In this document: positions 1 through 10,766 of the stretch, in pieces
Layout of the letters: each line of letters opens with the position of its first letter
Position numbering within the stretch: the stretch's first letter is position 1
Source: a virus
Direction: 5' to 3' (one strand)
Length of the DNA stretch: 64,000 nucleotides
Virus record (IMG/VR): IMGVR_UViG_3300010883_000003
Coordinates: 52,689 to 116,688 of that record
The notes under the pieces: generated by a model
The model's input: only the letters and a program-made list of their open reading frames with translations
The model's database searches: none
Told to the model about the DNA's origin: nothing
Translations under genes and position numbers: made by a program

Positions 1-2563
1 TAAAGACCTATTCTCTGCCTTATACGAAAAAATCGAACCGTTCTTGATGTTCGGACTTAAGCGTATCATCCTATTTGCTGTAGTGAAAGCAGTCGTGTCC
101 GCGCTGGCTAACGCCGCCGCGGGAGCAGCAATCGGCGGCGCCGCGAAGCTCCTCGCAAAGGGTCTAGGCATGAAGATGGGTAAGGGTATGGACGAAACCG
201 CCGGCAAGCAGATGCAGAAGAGCGGCGGCGGATTCTTTAAGGGCTTAAAAAGTATGCTCCAATCTATTGGCAAGATCAAGCCCACCACCGTTGCCAAAGC
301 AGGATTTAATTTGCTGATTTTGGCCGCCTTCGCGGCTGGATCAATGGTCGCATTTGCACTAGGTATTAGGGCTGCTTACGAAATCTTAAAATCTGTTTCA
401 TGGGAAGGTCTAGCGAAGGTTTTTGTTGTATTAGCAATCTCTATTTTGGCAATGATACCGTTTGTGTTGGCTGCGCTAATGATGGAACCAACAACCATCA
501 CCACGGCCGGTTTAATGATGCTTATCGGCGCCACCTTCTTCGCCATCTCTGTCGTCGCATTTGCGGGTGCTATTAGAATAGCGTACGAGATTCTAAAGCC
601 CGTGGCCTGGTCGGCTTTTGCATCCATACTCGGGATGGTTGGTGTTGCCATTCTGGCTACTATCGCTCTTGCAGTTGTTGGATTAGCTTTTGCGAGCGTA
701 GCCCCTGCGGTACCAGCTATGATTGTTGGTCTAGTCGCAGCAGCCCTCTTATTCACTGCAGGAATAGTAATATACGCTAAAGCCATTGCCATAGCTTATG
801 ATATACTAAAATCTGTACCGCTGGCAGAGTTCGCGGAACAAATAAAAACAGTAGGGCTGGCTCTTGCAGCCACTGTCGCGTTTGGGGTGATCGGAGGTAC
901 TCTTGCAGCGTTCTTCCCTCTTGTTCCGATGATGGTTATTGGCCTAGTCGCAGCAGGTACCTTGTTCACAGCCGGGGTCTTCATCTTTGGTGAAGCAATT
1001 ATGATGTCTCTCCCTATGTTTAAAAAGATTGCCCAAAATGAACAGGCTGTTACTGCAGGTATGTCCGCACTAGATACAGTCGTCAACGCCCTGGGCAAAA
1101 TGGGTTTATTGGCTGCGGTATTTACTGCTTTTGGACCGTTCGTCGGTATTCTTAAGCGGGGGTTTGCCAAAGCCGCTGACTTCTTTGTAAGCTCGGCTGG
1201 TCATATAGAGGGAATGATCGGCGCTGTTCTAAAGATCCCCATGTCAAACCCTGAAGACGTTGCAAAACGAATAGAGATTGTTGCACTAATAGCTGAAGCG
1301 ATGCAAAGTCTAGCCGGTATCGGTCTAGAAGCTGCCAAAATGGGTATTGTTTCTGAGCTAATGGGCGGGACAGATATGCCTACGATGTTTAAATCAATGG
1401 GAGACTTTCTCGGTAAGATAGCGAACATCATGATTGTGATGATATCGCTGATCGTTTCTCTTGCATCTGGCTTGAGCGAAAGTGACATGAAGGGTGTGGA
1501 AGTCATTGCGACAGTTCTACAAGCTATCGCCGCCCTCGCCTCCGCACTGTTCTCCCCGCTTGAAGCTGTGTCAAAAATGTCATCAGGTATGTTCGGTCCT
1601 AGTGTCTCGGAAGCTATGGGTGCTGTTGTCGGAGGTATCACTCAGCTCATGCTCGCAATCTATATCTTCTTACCAGCGCTGATTACTAAAATAATCGAAA
1701 TTGCGAACGGTATTCCAGGAGATCCGGCAGCGCTAAAACCAAGGATGGAAGTAATCGCAATAGCGCTAGGAGCCGTTGGGAGTTTTGCTAAAGCCATCGG
1801 TGACGTGGCTAAGCTCATGCCGGAAGAGGGCGGCGGCTTCTTCGGTGGCGGAGCTAGTATGGCTGAGCGGCTCGCCGATATGAGCAAAATTATCAGATCG
1901 GTTGTCGAGTCAGTAAAGAAGCATATGCCACCTCTTATAAAGGATCTCCTAAAAATAGAGATCCCGGGAGATCCAGCCACTGCCAAAGCAAAAATTGAAA
2001 TCATTGGATCTGCCATGACGGCCATCAGTCAATTTGCGGATGTCATCTCAAAGCTAGCTGGTATGGCCGTCCCAGATGGCGCATCAATGGGAAGCTTAAT
2101 TCGAAATATCGTTACCGGTGTTAAATCTGCTTTAACTGGTGACGACGGTCTGCAAGGATTGTTTACAGCACTGGGCGGCGTAACTCTTGATGAGTCCGCG
2201 CTGGCACCCCTTGATGCAGCGAATACAGCTTTAGAAAAGTTAACGAGCTTCGGTGCCAATATTATTAAGATGCAAGAGAAAATGGCGGAAGTCCCGGGCG
2301 GCGGTCTAGCCACAGCCGTGACGTCGATGGTTACAGAGGCGAAACTAGCCGTTGAAGCGATGAACTCCCTCGGCGAACTAGACGCCACAGTAGCGCTTGA
2401 TAACTTTGCTTCCGCCATCGGAACGGGTCAGGGAGAATTTACTATCACCAATGAACCAATTAATATTACGATCAATATGAATGTCACTATGGACGCGAAC
2501 GAGGTCGGTAAGGTGCTGGTTAATAAATCAGTAATGACAACGCCTCTAACAACTGCGGAGTAA
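1..2563 (+). CDS. Tape-measure-like tail protein, 5' truncated by the window
   Basis: Frame is open from the window edge. Long Ala/Gly/Met-rich helical protein with repeated hydrophobic segments, directly upstream of baseplate-type genes. Confidence 0.6.
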   Translation, partial: KDLFSALYEKIEPFLMFGLKRIILFAVVKAVVSALANAAAGAAIGGAAKLLAKGLGMKMGKGMDETAGKQMQKSGGGFFKGLKSMLQSIGKIKPTTVAKAGFNLLILAAFAAGSMVAFALGIRAAYEILKSVSWEGLAKVFVVLAISILAMIPFVLAALMMEPTTITTAGLMMLIGATFFAISVVAFAGAIRIAYEILKPVAWSAFASILGMVGVAILATIALAVVGLAFASVAPAVPAMIVGLVAAALLFTAGIVIYAKAIAIAYDILKSVPLAEFAEQIKTVGLALAATVAFGVIGGTLAAFFPLVPMMVIGLVAAGTLFTAGVFIFGEAIMMSLPMFKKIAQNEQAVTAGMSALDTVVNALGKMGLLAAVFTAFGPFVGILKRGFAKAADFFVSSAGHIEGMIGAVLKIPMSNPEDVAKRIEIVALIAEAMQSLAGIGLEAAKMGIVSELMGGTDMPTMFKSMGDFLGKIANIMIVMISLIVSLASGLSESDMKGVEVIATVLQAIAALASALFSPLEAVSKMSSGMFGPSVSEAMGAVVGGITQLMLAIYIFLPALITKIIEIANGIPGDPAALKPRMEVIAIALGAVGSFAKAIGDVAKLMPEEGGGFFGGGASMAERLADMSKIIRSVVESVKKHMPPLIKDLLKIEIPGDPATAKAKIEIIGSAMTAISQFADVISKLAGMAVPDGASMGSLIRNIVTGVKSALTGDDGLQGLFTALGGVTLDESALAPLDAANTALEKLTSFGANIIKMQEKMAEVPGGGLATAVTSMVTEAKLAVEAMNSLGELDATVALDNFASAIGTGQGEFTITNEPINITINMNVTMDANEVGKVLVNKSVMTTPLTTAE

Positions 2564-2565
2564 TA

Positions 2566-2763
2566 ATGAAAGATAATAACCAAGGATTAGAAGAAGTACT
2601 TCGGCAACAAAAGTCTGGTTTTACAAAGATTAAAAACGATTTTAAAGAAGGTAGCACGAGTCCTGCGATTAATAGCTTACTAGAGCTTATAGACTTTATT
2701 CGTAATGACGAAGACGCCTTAAGCAAACTACAAGAAGAGATTGTTAGACATTATGGCGAATGA
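2566..2763 (+). CDS. Hypothetical protein
   Basis: 65 aa ORF tightly packed between tail genes. Confidence 0.6.
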   Translation: MKDNNQGLEEVLRQQKSGFTKIKNDFKEGSTSPAINSLLELIDFIRNDEDALSKLQEEIVRHYGE

Positions 2764-5700
2764 AAAAGATTATATTCCCGAAGGTTCTGGTACAGAAGGT
2801 CAGTTTAAAGAGGGCGATGATCTAAAAAACTCTTCAAAAGATACTCTAGGCTCATTTTTGAGCGCAAAAACAACTAACGCTGCTACACTTAATGAGTTCC
2901 CTATAGAAGACGCACCGCGTACTGAAATTTCGTTACAAGGGTCCGCTGGTCGTCCTGCAGAGTTCACAACAGGTGGCCAGGATGGAAACCCTGGCTTTAC
3001 GAATACATTCCCTTCTGGACCAGGTTCTTCCGAAACCAGTGTGAGCGATTTTGACACACTAAGCGATTCTGGGAAAATTGAAACGCTTTCCGATGTATTA
3101 AACAAAAACGCACAGTCTGATGGACATTCACTTCTTAGGGATATCGTTTCGAATCGCCAGCCTGGTGAACCCGGTATCGGCGCTACTGCCGGTGCTAGCG
3201 CAGCAGCAGATCCAACCAAAGCCACTCCGCTGCAGAAAAAAATATCGTCGATGTTAAAGATGGGTAATAGATTTGATCCAACTCCTGGTTCATCACCCTA
3301 TATAGAGGATGGACAGTTTACAGAACCAGGGATCCCTATAGAGCAAGGAGCGTTTGGTGTATACAATGACGATGCTGTAAGAACATCACTTGAAGATCTG
3401 CACAAGATATCTTCATCTATGCTAGTTCGACAAGCTGGACATGCATATGGTAACACAGATCCGGAAAGCGTGAGTAGTTTGTCAACCACGGGTGTTCAGA
3501 TGGGCAGCGAAAAAGTTGGCGTATCTAGGTTAAGACCTCGGAATGCTTATAACGCACCCTCAAAAATAGATCTGCAAAATGCCGAACTAAGATTTGATGA
3601 TCTGACGGGAGACGCGTTACTAGATAAAGAGTCTTACGGTGTCTTATCGACATATAAAGAGCCGTTTGGCAAAGCCCCTCTAGCAAATATGAATACCGCG
3701 CTACAGTCACTGGCGGAGTATCTTGTAGGTGCTGCTGTTTTTACTGCCATTACTTCGCTGGTCGAGGTTCTTGAAGTAGGTACCGCTACCCCCTTGCCAG
3801 GAAAGCCTCACACGTTAAAGAAGGGTTCTTGGAAAAAAGAGCCGGCACAGTTGCGTATGATTCGTCAACTAGGGTTCCCATCCCTAGACCGTCCCGCGTG
3901 GTTATGCTTTTGTTATGGCTTAGGGGCATTTTTAAAGCTTCCGCCCTCCGCCTTACCTGACCCATCTGGACCGCCACCTCCTATTCCAGGCGGCTGGACA
4001 GCCGTAGGCGCATGGTTCACAGGTGTTTTGGCGGATGCCGACTCTGTCTTCTTTAACATGCTGTATGGGGCTGGATATTACGCAAACATTATGCGGGTAA
4101 TGAGAAGAGATTTAGAGACTATGCTAGAAGAAATAGAACTAGCTACATCTTCCTCAGGTCCAGATCCAGCGATTATAATGTTTAATATGATAACTAGTCT
4201 AAACAGCTATCCGGCTTGGAATTTCTTTACAGCGATACTAAGAATGGGCGATGTATGGTTATCATCATACGAAAGACACATCAGATTCGCCAGTATGAAT
4301 ACCACAGGTCAGACCCGCCAGAGACTTAGTCGAGATCCGGGGGGATCAAAAGGTCTGGCATGGAGGCATAGCAGTGCTCCAGCATTAACTCTGTTAAACG
4401 AAAAATATGTAAATGCGTCTACGGTGTTTGGTTATGATCCTACGTTTATGCAACAACTGCATAATACTATAGGAGATACTTATTCTAGAAGTGATAAGAG
4501 CCCGTATAAAGACAGTGGTAAAAGAGGTACTCAAGCGAGAGGACTATTTGCAAGTAAGCCGCAGGCAGGAAAAAGATACACATCAGAACAAGTCACGGAA
4601 ATAGAAAATGAGCTTGATGCAGAGTATTGCCCGTTTTATCTACATGATCTAAGGACTAATGAAGTTCTTGGGTTCCATGCTTTCTTAGGTGACTTAAAAG
4701 ATTCGTATTCAATATCTTATGCCGAGTCTGGTGGATATGGCAGGATTGATAAAGTCAAGATATACCAAGATACGACTAGATCTATAAGCTTGAGCTGGAC
4801 CATGGTCGCAACAAGTCCTTCAGACTTTGATTCTATGTGGTGGAGCTTAAATAAGCTTATATCTATGATATACCCACAGTTTTCGATGGGTAAGCCTGTT
4901 ACGGCTGGTAGCAAAAAGTTCATTATGCCATTCTCTCAAATTCCAACTGCTAGTCCTGTTTTGAGACTGAGAGTTGGTGATGTAATTCGTAGCAATTATA
5001 GCAGATTTAATCTAGCTAGAATATTCGGTCTAAGTGAGGTAATGCCGGCACCAGACACCGAAGCCGGCGCCACGAGTGGGACTGGTCCAGCCGGCGCAGA
5101 GTTTAGGGCAATCGCCGGCGCCACGTTTGATATATCTGCAACAGCAAAGGTGGATTCTGCTACCGCAGCTGCGTCAAGCGCAACAGCTACCGCGGCGTCG
5201 ACTCACGCGGATGCTTTAATTGCGAGGTTTAAAGATGAGCCATCATCGTACTCTGACGTTAAGCAGGGCTTTTTACCAGGTGACCCAACCTGGGGTAAAG
5301 CTACACTCAAGCCCGGTGCATATACAACATATGATACTAAAGCCGGTAATGTGGTAGAGGTCACAGACGGTACTGCATCACCAGAATTAGCAAAAAATAA
5401 GCACACCGCAAACACACCTGATACTGGAGCGACCCACGTCTCCACCGTACCGTTTGTTAGTAGGCCTTCAGCTGCGGGTACAGTCACTATCTGTGAGAGA
5501 ATTGTTGTACCGCCTAACACCGGCGATGCTATAGACCAAGATTCTGACGAAGCAAAAGAAAAGCCTCACGCAGAATATTACGTTCAATATGTTAACCAAG
5601 ATGATGAAGCTGATCCTTATGGCAAAGCTTCAGACAAACGTCACTTTCACACATATGTTGTTACTTCTGCGGATTTAGATCCTATTCCGCCACCTCCCCC

Positions 5701-6169
5701 CGCCGCAACACTACCAGCTGATTCTACAGTAACTCTCTCCGATCAAATAACAGACGTTGGTGACTTTTTTAAGCCCGAAAATAACGCGATAGTAAGATCA
5801 TTCGAAGCTGCCGGCGGCCGTGGTCTCGCTGGTGTTATAACAAGCTTTGATATGGATTGGGGTGAAGCACAATGGGACATGAGTGGGATAGGTAGACGAG
5901 CACCAACTATGTTAAATATCTCCATATCATTTAGCCCAATCCATGATATCATACCAGGTCTTGATAACAACGGTATGATGCGCGCCATAAACTATCCAGT
6001 CGGTAATATAGCAGGACCTCTAGGCACAGACTTTTACGATAAGGGTGGCATAAAAAACGATTCAATTGCAACTACAGGTAGGATACCCGGTTCCGATTCA
6101 CCTAACGACGCCGCGAGAGAAAATTATGTTAAATTCGCAAAATCTGCTAAAATGCCTGGAGGAGAATAA
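2753..6169 (+). CDS. Large baseplate / tail-tube-initiator-like structural protein
   Basis: Segment FHAFLGDLKDSY...YGRIDKVKIYQDTTRSISLSW...YPQ...PVLRLRVGD and C-terminal GVITSFDMDW...PTMLNISISFSPIH resemble T4 gp48/gp54-type tube-initiator folds; position between tape measure and LysM genes. Confidence 0.6.
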   Translation: MANEKDYIPEGSGTEGQFKEGDDLKNSSKDTLGSFLSAKTTNAATLNEFPIEDAPRTEISLQGSAGRPAEFTTGGQDGNPGFTNTFPSGPGSSETSVSDFDTLSDSGKIETLSDVLNKNAQSDGHSLLRDIVSNRQPGEPGIGATAGASAAADPTKATPLQKKISSMLKMGNRFDPTPGSSPYIEDGQFTEPGIPIEQGAFGVYNDDAVRTSLEDLHKISSSMLVRQAGHAYGNTDPESVSSLSTTGVQMGSEKVGVSRLRPRNAYNAPSKIDLQNAELRFDDLTGDALLDKESYGVLSTYKEPFGKAPLANMNTALQSLAEYLVGAAVFTAITSLVEVLEVGTATPLPGKPHTLKKGSWKKEPAQLRMIRQLGFPSLDRPAWLCFCYGLGAFLKLPPSALPDPSGPPPPIPGGWTAVGAWFTGVLADADSVFFNMLYGAGYYANIMRVMRRDLETMLEEIELATSSSGPDPAIIMFNMITSLNSYPAWNFFTAILRMGDVWLSSYERHIRFASMNTTGQTRQRLSRDPGGSKGLAWRHSSAPALTLLNEKYVNASTVFGYDPTFMQQLHNTIGDTYSRSDKSPYKDSGKRGTQARGLFASKPQAGKRYTSEQVTEIENELDAEYCPFYLHDLRTNEVLGFHAFLGDLKDSYSISYAESGGYGRIDKVKIYQDTTRSISLSWTMVATSPSDFDSMWWSLNKLISMIYPQFSMGKPVTAGSKKFIMPFSQIPTASPVLRLRVGDVIRSNYSRFNLARIFGLSEVMPAPDTEAGATSGTGPAGAEFRAIAGATFDISATAKVDSATAAASSATATAASTHADALIARFKDEPSSYSDVKQGFLPGDPTWGKATLKPGAYTTYDTKAGNVVEVTDGTASPELAKNKHTANTPDTGATHVSTVPFVSRPSAAGTVTICERIVVPPNTGDAIDQDSDEAKEKPHAEYYVQYVNQDDEADPYGKASDKRHFHTYVVTSADLDPIPPPPPAATLPADSTVTLSDQITDVGDFFKPENNAIVRSFEAAGGRGLAGVITSFDMDWGEAQWDMSGIGRRAPTMLNISISFSPIHDIIPGLDNNGMMRAINYPVGNIAGPLGTDFYDKGGIKNDSIATTGRIPGSDSPNDAARENYVKFAKSAKMPGGE

Positions 6170-6462
6170 TGGCCACTAGATACCGTCGCGCCCCTAAGCT
6201 TAGAGGTGGTAAATCATACGGCACGTACGCAGCTGGTAATGTAATATACAGAGCATGTCAACAAAGCGCAATTGCATATACTACGTATGTAACGAAAGAA
6301 AGCGAAAGGCTTGACATCATCGCTGGTGAGCACTACGACGATGGTAACCTATGGTGGGTCATAGCTGCTGCAAGTAGCATCGGGTGGGGTCTACAAGTTC
6401 CTCCAGGCACGCAATTGTTAATACCCACAGATTTAGCACAAATAGAAGCGTTGATAGGTTAA
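6169..6462 (+). CDS. LysM / gp53-like baseplate wedge protein (tail protein X family)
   Basis: ERLDIIAGEHYDDGNLWWVIAAAS...PGTQLLIP pattern. Confidence 0.8.
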   Translation: MATRYRRAPKLRGGKSYGTYAAGNVIYRACQQSAIAYTTYVTKESERLDIIAGEHYDDGNLWWVIAAASSIGWGLQVPPGTQLLIPTDLAQIEALIG

Positions 6463-6465
6463 GCA

Positions 6466-9400
6466 ATGGCAATTTACGACTCAAAACTTGCTATGATTGT
6501 AGAGGCGTTAGGTCGCTACTATAGCGTTGTGTCAAAAGAGAAGTTTATGTCTATTCTCGCATTCGGCGACGACAATGCTATAAGCTCATTTGGCTCTGTA
6601 AACCTTGATCCAACACCAGAAATGAATAAACTAGTTCGTACGTTCACTGATGCTACTGAAGGCGGCGTCATTATGACAAAGAACTTTACTGCTCTTAAAG
6701 ATATTGCTACAGGTGATGAAGCTGGAGAGATTGAGCAAATGGCTCAAAAATTGTACCGATATGTTGGTGAGCCTTCTGCATTTGAAACTATATGGGACTC
6801 TTCGTGGACAAAAGTTTGTTCTCAAATAAGCGTATCTGATTTTTGCAAGATATCACCCGGTACCGATGGCAGCAGAGATGGGACCATTAACGGTGCGTTT
6901 GCTTCACCAACTAAATTTACACCTAATCTATGTGCACTAGAAGTAAAGAACCCTAAGTTAGTTCCAGCAGCAAGAGATTCCGGCGCAGCTGGTCTTTTCA
7001 TGAATTGTATACCTACTCTAGAATTCTCAAGACTTCAACCGCATCTGGATATTACGCTAGTGTCGCCCAGGGATGGGATGAGTGATTCCGGAAAAATTCA
7101 GTCTATTGGCTTAATGCAGCATCTTATTGGTCAAAGTCAACCTTCATCAGATGCTAATAAAAGTCTAGCGTCAGCAGTTGACGAAAGCGCTGTCCAAGGA
7201 ATGCTTGAGGCAGCGGATGCCGACGCAGCTGCTGGCGGGGCAGATACTCAAGTATCATCAGCCGATATTGCTGTTTCCACGGCAGGAATGGAGATGTTTA
7301 CAGCACCCCAGACGTTGGTCCCCCATATAAATGGTCAACTAGAAACCTATGGCGACTATGAGTCGTTTTCAAACGTGATAGGAGACGATGGTGAGCCTAT
7401 TTCATCAGGTGGCCGCCGCGGCGCAGCAATAATAGACCCATTTCGCCCTCTTATGAGTATCGAAGGTTTTGCAATAACAGTGAGCCCTTCACGTGGTATG
7501 ATGTCTCATAAGACTGCTGAACTATCACTTACACTACATGATCGGTCTAGACTATCTGAGGTTGCTGAATTTGTAAAGCCTGATCTATATGGTCACAGTG
7601 AGTTAATGATAACGTACGGGTGGTCTCATCCTGACGACTCTGCCTCGACTTCTACAGACGGTGTCAGGTCTGGTAATTTTTATGGTTCTTTCTTAAATGC
7701 CATGAAGGTCACTGAAAAATACATGATAGTCAATAGTAGCTTTAGCTTTGATGAAGTAGGACAAGTTAAAATTAAGCTTAAGCTTTCTATGAAAGGTGCT
7801 AGCAATCTAGACACGAATAATATAGGTCAAGGCGAAGATGTTGAGACTGCCGTCCAAGCCTTACAAGATATGGTGGAAGTGATTAGGCAACTGAAAGCAA
7901 CTGCAATATCTGAGGCATCCTCAATGGGCGGCGGTAGCGAAGCCAGAGATGTGTTCGGTGAATCTTTCTTTTCCGCCGCTTCCGACACTAGTCGAGCGAT
8001 GACTATAGATGAAGAAACCCAAAAAGCATTAAAGAAATACATCTCTGATAACAGAGGCGCAAGTGGGACAACAGGAGAGCTAGCAGGCACACTTGAAAAT
8101 ATGTTTGGTAGCGATGGGACCGGTGGCGCTGTCGAGGCGTTGCAAAAAACGATAGCCGACGCAATCTCTGCTAAGATGTCTCATCTTGTTTCACTGCGCA
8201 CCGCGAATAAAGATCCATTTGCTAAAACAATAACTGGTAATGAAGGAAGCACGAAGTACGTAAATATAACTAAAAGATCTTCAAAACACGTATCTCTCGG
8301 CGCCCTTGTCATGTATATGGTTGGAAAGCCTTTAGCATCGACAAAGAGATTTGACGAAATCCAGTTTATATTTTATCCTGTAAATGATAAAGCATCGTAT
8401 ATTAAAGACTGTACGACGGCTGAAATTCCTATAAACATGGTGGATTTTCAAAAGACTTTTAAAGAAAATACGAAAACTTCTATAAATCTGCCTCTTGGTC
8501 GTTTTATGAGCATGGTCGGTAAAGAATTCGTGCATAATCAGGCTTCTGAAGCATACGGTCTTGCAGCACTATATGACACAGATGAAGAGGGAAAAAAGAA
8601 GGTTAAGGAAGACCTCTCCGAAGATCCTACAAAGCTAAACGATGAAAAGAAAAAACGTCTTGAAGATGCTTACGGTATGGAGGCAGACATGGAATTCAAG
8701 ATGCCACGAATAAGGTTTCATCTTGAAGCCGTTCCAGCAAAAGAAACAGGTCACGACGAAGGTCGCCGCTCCACTATACTAAGGATACATGTATACGACT
8801 CTGTTTGCACTCCCCACACTGCTTTAGGAAAATTAATGGCCGCCTCAAGGTCAAACTCACTGGGGTTATTAACTTCCGCCGCCAGCAAAGCTGCTAGACC
8901 ACCGACGCCAGATACAGATAGCGACGAAGCAGAGGTGTCTGTATCCCACGCCGATGCATTTTATGATGAGCTACAAAAAGCGCTGGACTATGGTCTTCTA
9001 GAGGCTGTTCCGTCGCTCTCTGAAGATGATACATCGGGCTATGATCCAGCGACCCAGCCAAATACGTATTTTCGTGTAAAGGGCGGATTCAAGGCGTTGA
9101 AAAACTTTATGCAAGCCTCAATGCCTACCATAATATACGGTAGTACAAACTCTGCTGTTCTGTCAGCAGACGTTGCTTCTATGAATAATCCTAAGCTGGC
9201 ATCTATGAATATGATGAGAAGTGGCATGGGCGGCGGCACGACAGCTCAAGGCGCCCGAGACGCCGGCGTACCTCTTCAAACAGCGCCCGTTACTCTTTCA
9301 TTAACGACACTAGGGTGTCCAGTAGTCAGCTATGGCCAGAGCTTCTTTGTAGATTTTGGTACTGGGACGACAGTAGATAATGTCTTTGTAGTTTCTGGAA

Positions 9401-9537
9401 TAAGTCATACAATACAAAAAGGTAAGTTTGAAACAAAGTTAAAGATGACCCAAGTGGATGCTTTCGGTAAGTACGCTAGTATGATGGGTAACGTTACTAA
9501 GGCGCTAACAGCATTATCCGAAAGCAAAGAAGAATAA
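6466..9537 (+). CDS. Baseplate hub protein (gp27 / late control D-like)
   Basis: Follows the LysM gene; C-terminal GCPVVSYGQSFFVDFGTGTTVDNVFVVSGISHTIQKGKFETKLK typical of hub proteins; internal ITYGWSHP. Confidence 0.65.
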   Translation: MAIYDSKLAMIVEALGRYYSVVSKEKFMSILAFGDDNAISSFGSVNLDPTPEMNKLVRTFTDATEGGVIMTKNFTALKDIATGDEAGEIEQMAQKLYRYVGEPSAFETIWDSSWTKVCSQISVSDFCKISPGTDGSRDGTINGAFASPTKFTPNLCALEVKNPKLVPAARDSGAAGLFMNCIPTLEFSRLQPHLDITLVSPRDGMSDSGKIQSIGLMQHLIGQSQPSSDANKSLASAVDESAVQGMLEAADADAAAGGADTQVSSADIAVSTAGMEMFTAPQTLVPHINGQLETYGDYESFSNVIGDDGEPISSGGRRGAAIIDPFRPLMSIEGFAITVSPSRGMMSHKTAELSLTLHDRSRLSEVAEFVKPDLYGHSELMITYGWSHPDDSASTSTDGVRSGNFYGSFLNAMKVTEKYMIVNSSFSFDEVGQVKIKLKLSMKGASNLDTNNIGQGEDVETAVQALQDMVEVIRQLKATAISEASSMGGGSEARDVFGESFFSAASDTSRAMTIDEETQKALKKYISDNRGASGTTGELAGTLENMFGSDGTGGAVEALQKTIADAISAKMSHLVSLRTANKDPFAKTITGNEGSTKYVNITKRSSKHVSLGALVMYMVGKPLASTKRFDEIQFIFYPVNDKASYIKDCTTAEIPINMVDFQKTFKENTKTSINLPLGRFMSMVGKEFVHNQASEAYGLAALYDTDEEGKKKVKEDLSEDPTKLNDEKKKRLEDAYGMEADMEFKMPRIRFHLEAVPAKETGHDEGRRSTILRIHVYDSVCTPHTALGKLMAASRSNSLGLLTSAASKAARPPTPDTDSDEAEVSVSHADAFYDELQKALDYGLLEAVPSLSEDDTSGYDPATQPNTYFRVKGGFKALKNFMQASMPTIIYGSTNSAVLSADVASMNNPKLASMNMMRSGMGGGTTAQGARDAGVPLQTAPVTLSLTTLGCPVVSYGQSFFVDFGTGTTVDNVFVVSGISHTIQKGKFETKLKMTQVDAFGKYASMMGNVTKALTALSESKEE

Positions 9538-9544
9538 CTTACAC

Positions 9545-9573
9545 TTGAAAATAAGTTCGCGTTATGATATAAT
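9545..9573 (+). promoter_or_regulatory. Sigma70-type promoter, probably leaderless transcript
   Basis: TTGAAA-17 bp-TATAAT; ATG only 5 nt after the -10 box and no Shine-Dalgarno. Confidence 0.75.
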
Positions 9574-9578
9574 CTACT

Positions 9579-10766
9579 ATGTCTATCCTTATTAACAAAC
9601 ATATTATAGGTTCTTCCTATCACGCAGCACTTGACGGTGAGTTGTTAAGCTGGTCTGATAATAAGGAGACAGGTTATCGTTATGGATTCGAAGGCGCTCA
9701 AAATTCAATTGAACCTTTGTTGACTTTGTTTGCATGTCAGCAACCTTCTTTAGTTCCTACTCCGGTTATTAATTCGTTTAAGGAATGCGGATATAACTCG
9801 GCGCCATGGAGCAAAGTTATACCTCCAAAAAAGTTTAAGAAGCTGTTTATGGAGTTTATATCAGAGATGCAGACAGCTATCGGTATTATAGATCATAGTG
9901 AGTACCCTAGTTTCTTTATTGAGACAAACAAGCTATTTTCATATCTTGGATCTAGTACAGTTTCTAAAGCAAGGTGTGATAGCTACCTTAAAGTAAACGA
10001 TAACCACTCTCTTAAAGCGATAACAGGTATGCTTAAAGGTAATAAGCTTCCAGTCCCGCTATATAACAGGGTCTCGACTAAGACCGGTCGCTTAACAATA
10101 AAAGCTGGACCGCAAATACTAACACTAAAGAAAGACTTTAGATCAATATTTATTCCGAGTATACCGGGTAATAAGCTATATGAGATAGATTTTACTTCTC
10201 TTGAGCCACGTGTGGCCTTGAATATAGCAGGAAAGCAGGCAGACACAGACGTGTACACTTCTTTTTCTGTAAGTAGCGGTTTCGATATACCTCGCGACGT
10301 TTCCAAGCTGGCTACTCTTTGTGCCTTGTACGGAGCCGGAACTTCAAAACTAGAAAGTGTTTTACGTACAAACGATCACAAGATAACAGCAAAAAGATTG
10401 CTCAAAGAAGTTAAGCAGTACTTTCAAATTTCTTCCTTGTCAAAGTCTCTAAGATCTCAAGCATCAGCTGGAACAATAACAAACTGCTTTGGTCGACCCA
10501 TTATAGTCGACGATGCGCGAGATTCTATTTTGGTTAATAACTTCTTACAGTCTTCAGCTACTGACATTGCCCTACTTGGTTTTTTAGATTTTTGTGAAAC
10601 GTTAAAAGACATCGTCAAGCCCATATTTATTATTCATGATGCTTTAATTTTCGAAGCTGATCCTGAGCAATTAGGACCGGTAGTTGAATACGTAAACAGC
10701 GGATTTGAGTTAAAAGAAATGGGAAATTTTCCACTAAAAATTTCGGAGTTTAGTTCTAATGAATGA
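9579..10766 (+). CDS. Family A DNA polymerase, polymerase domain only
   Basis: TKTGRL, motif A DFTSLEPRV, motif B KLATLCALYGAG, NNFLQSSATD, motif C IHDALIF; only 395 aa with no exonuclease motifs. Confidence 0.8.
   Translation: MSILINKHIIGSSYHAALDGELLSWSDNKETGYRYGFEGAQNSIEPLLTLFACQQPSLVPTPVINSFKECGYNSAPWSKVIPPKKFKKLFMEFISEMQTAIGIIDHSEYPSFFIETNKLFSYLGSSTVSKARCDSYLKVNDNHSLKAITGMLKGNKLPVPLYNRVSTKTGRLTIKAGPQILTLKKDFRSIFIPSIPGNKLYEIDFTSLEPRVALNIAGKQADTDVYTSFSVSSGFDIPRDVSKLATLCALYGAGTSKLESVLRTNDHKITAKRLLKEVKQYFQISSLSKSLRSQASAGTITNCFGRPIIVDDARDSILVNNFLQSSATDIALLGFLDFCETLKDIVKPIFIIHDALIFEADPEQLGPVVEYVNSGFELKEMGNFPLKISEFSSNE

Noticed and set aside
376-2418. Series of 120-146 aa minus-strand ORFs
   Set aside because: Antisense shadows of the Ala/Gly-rich tape-measure-like gene; no RBS or recognisable motifs
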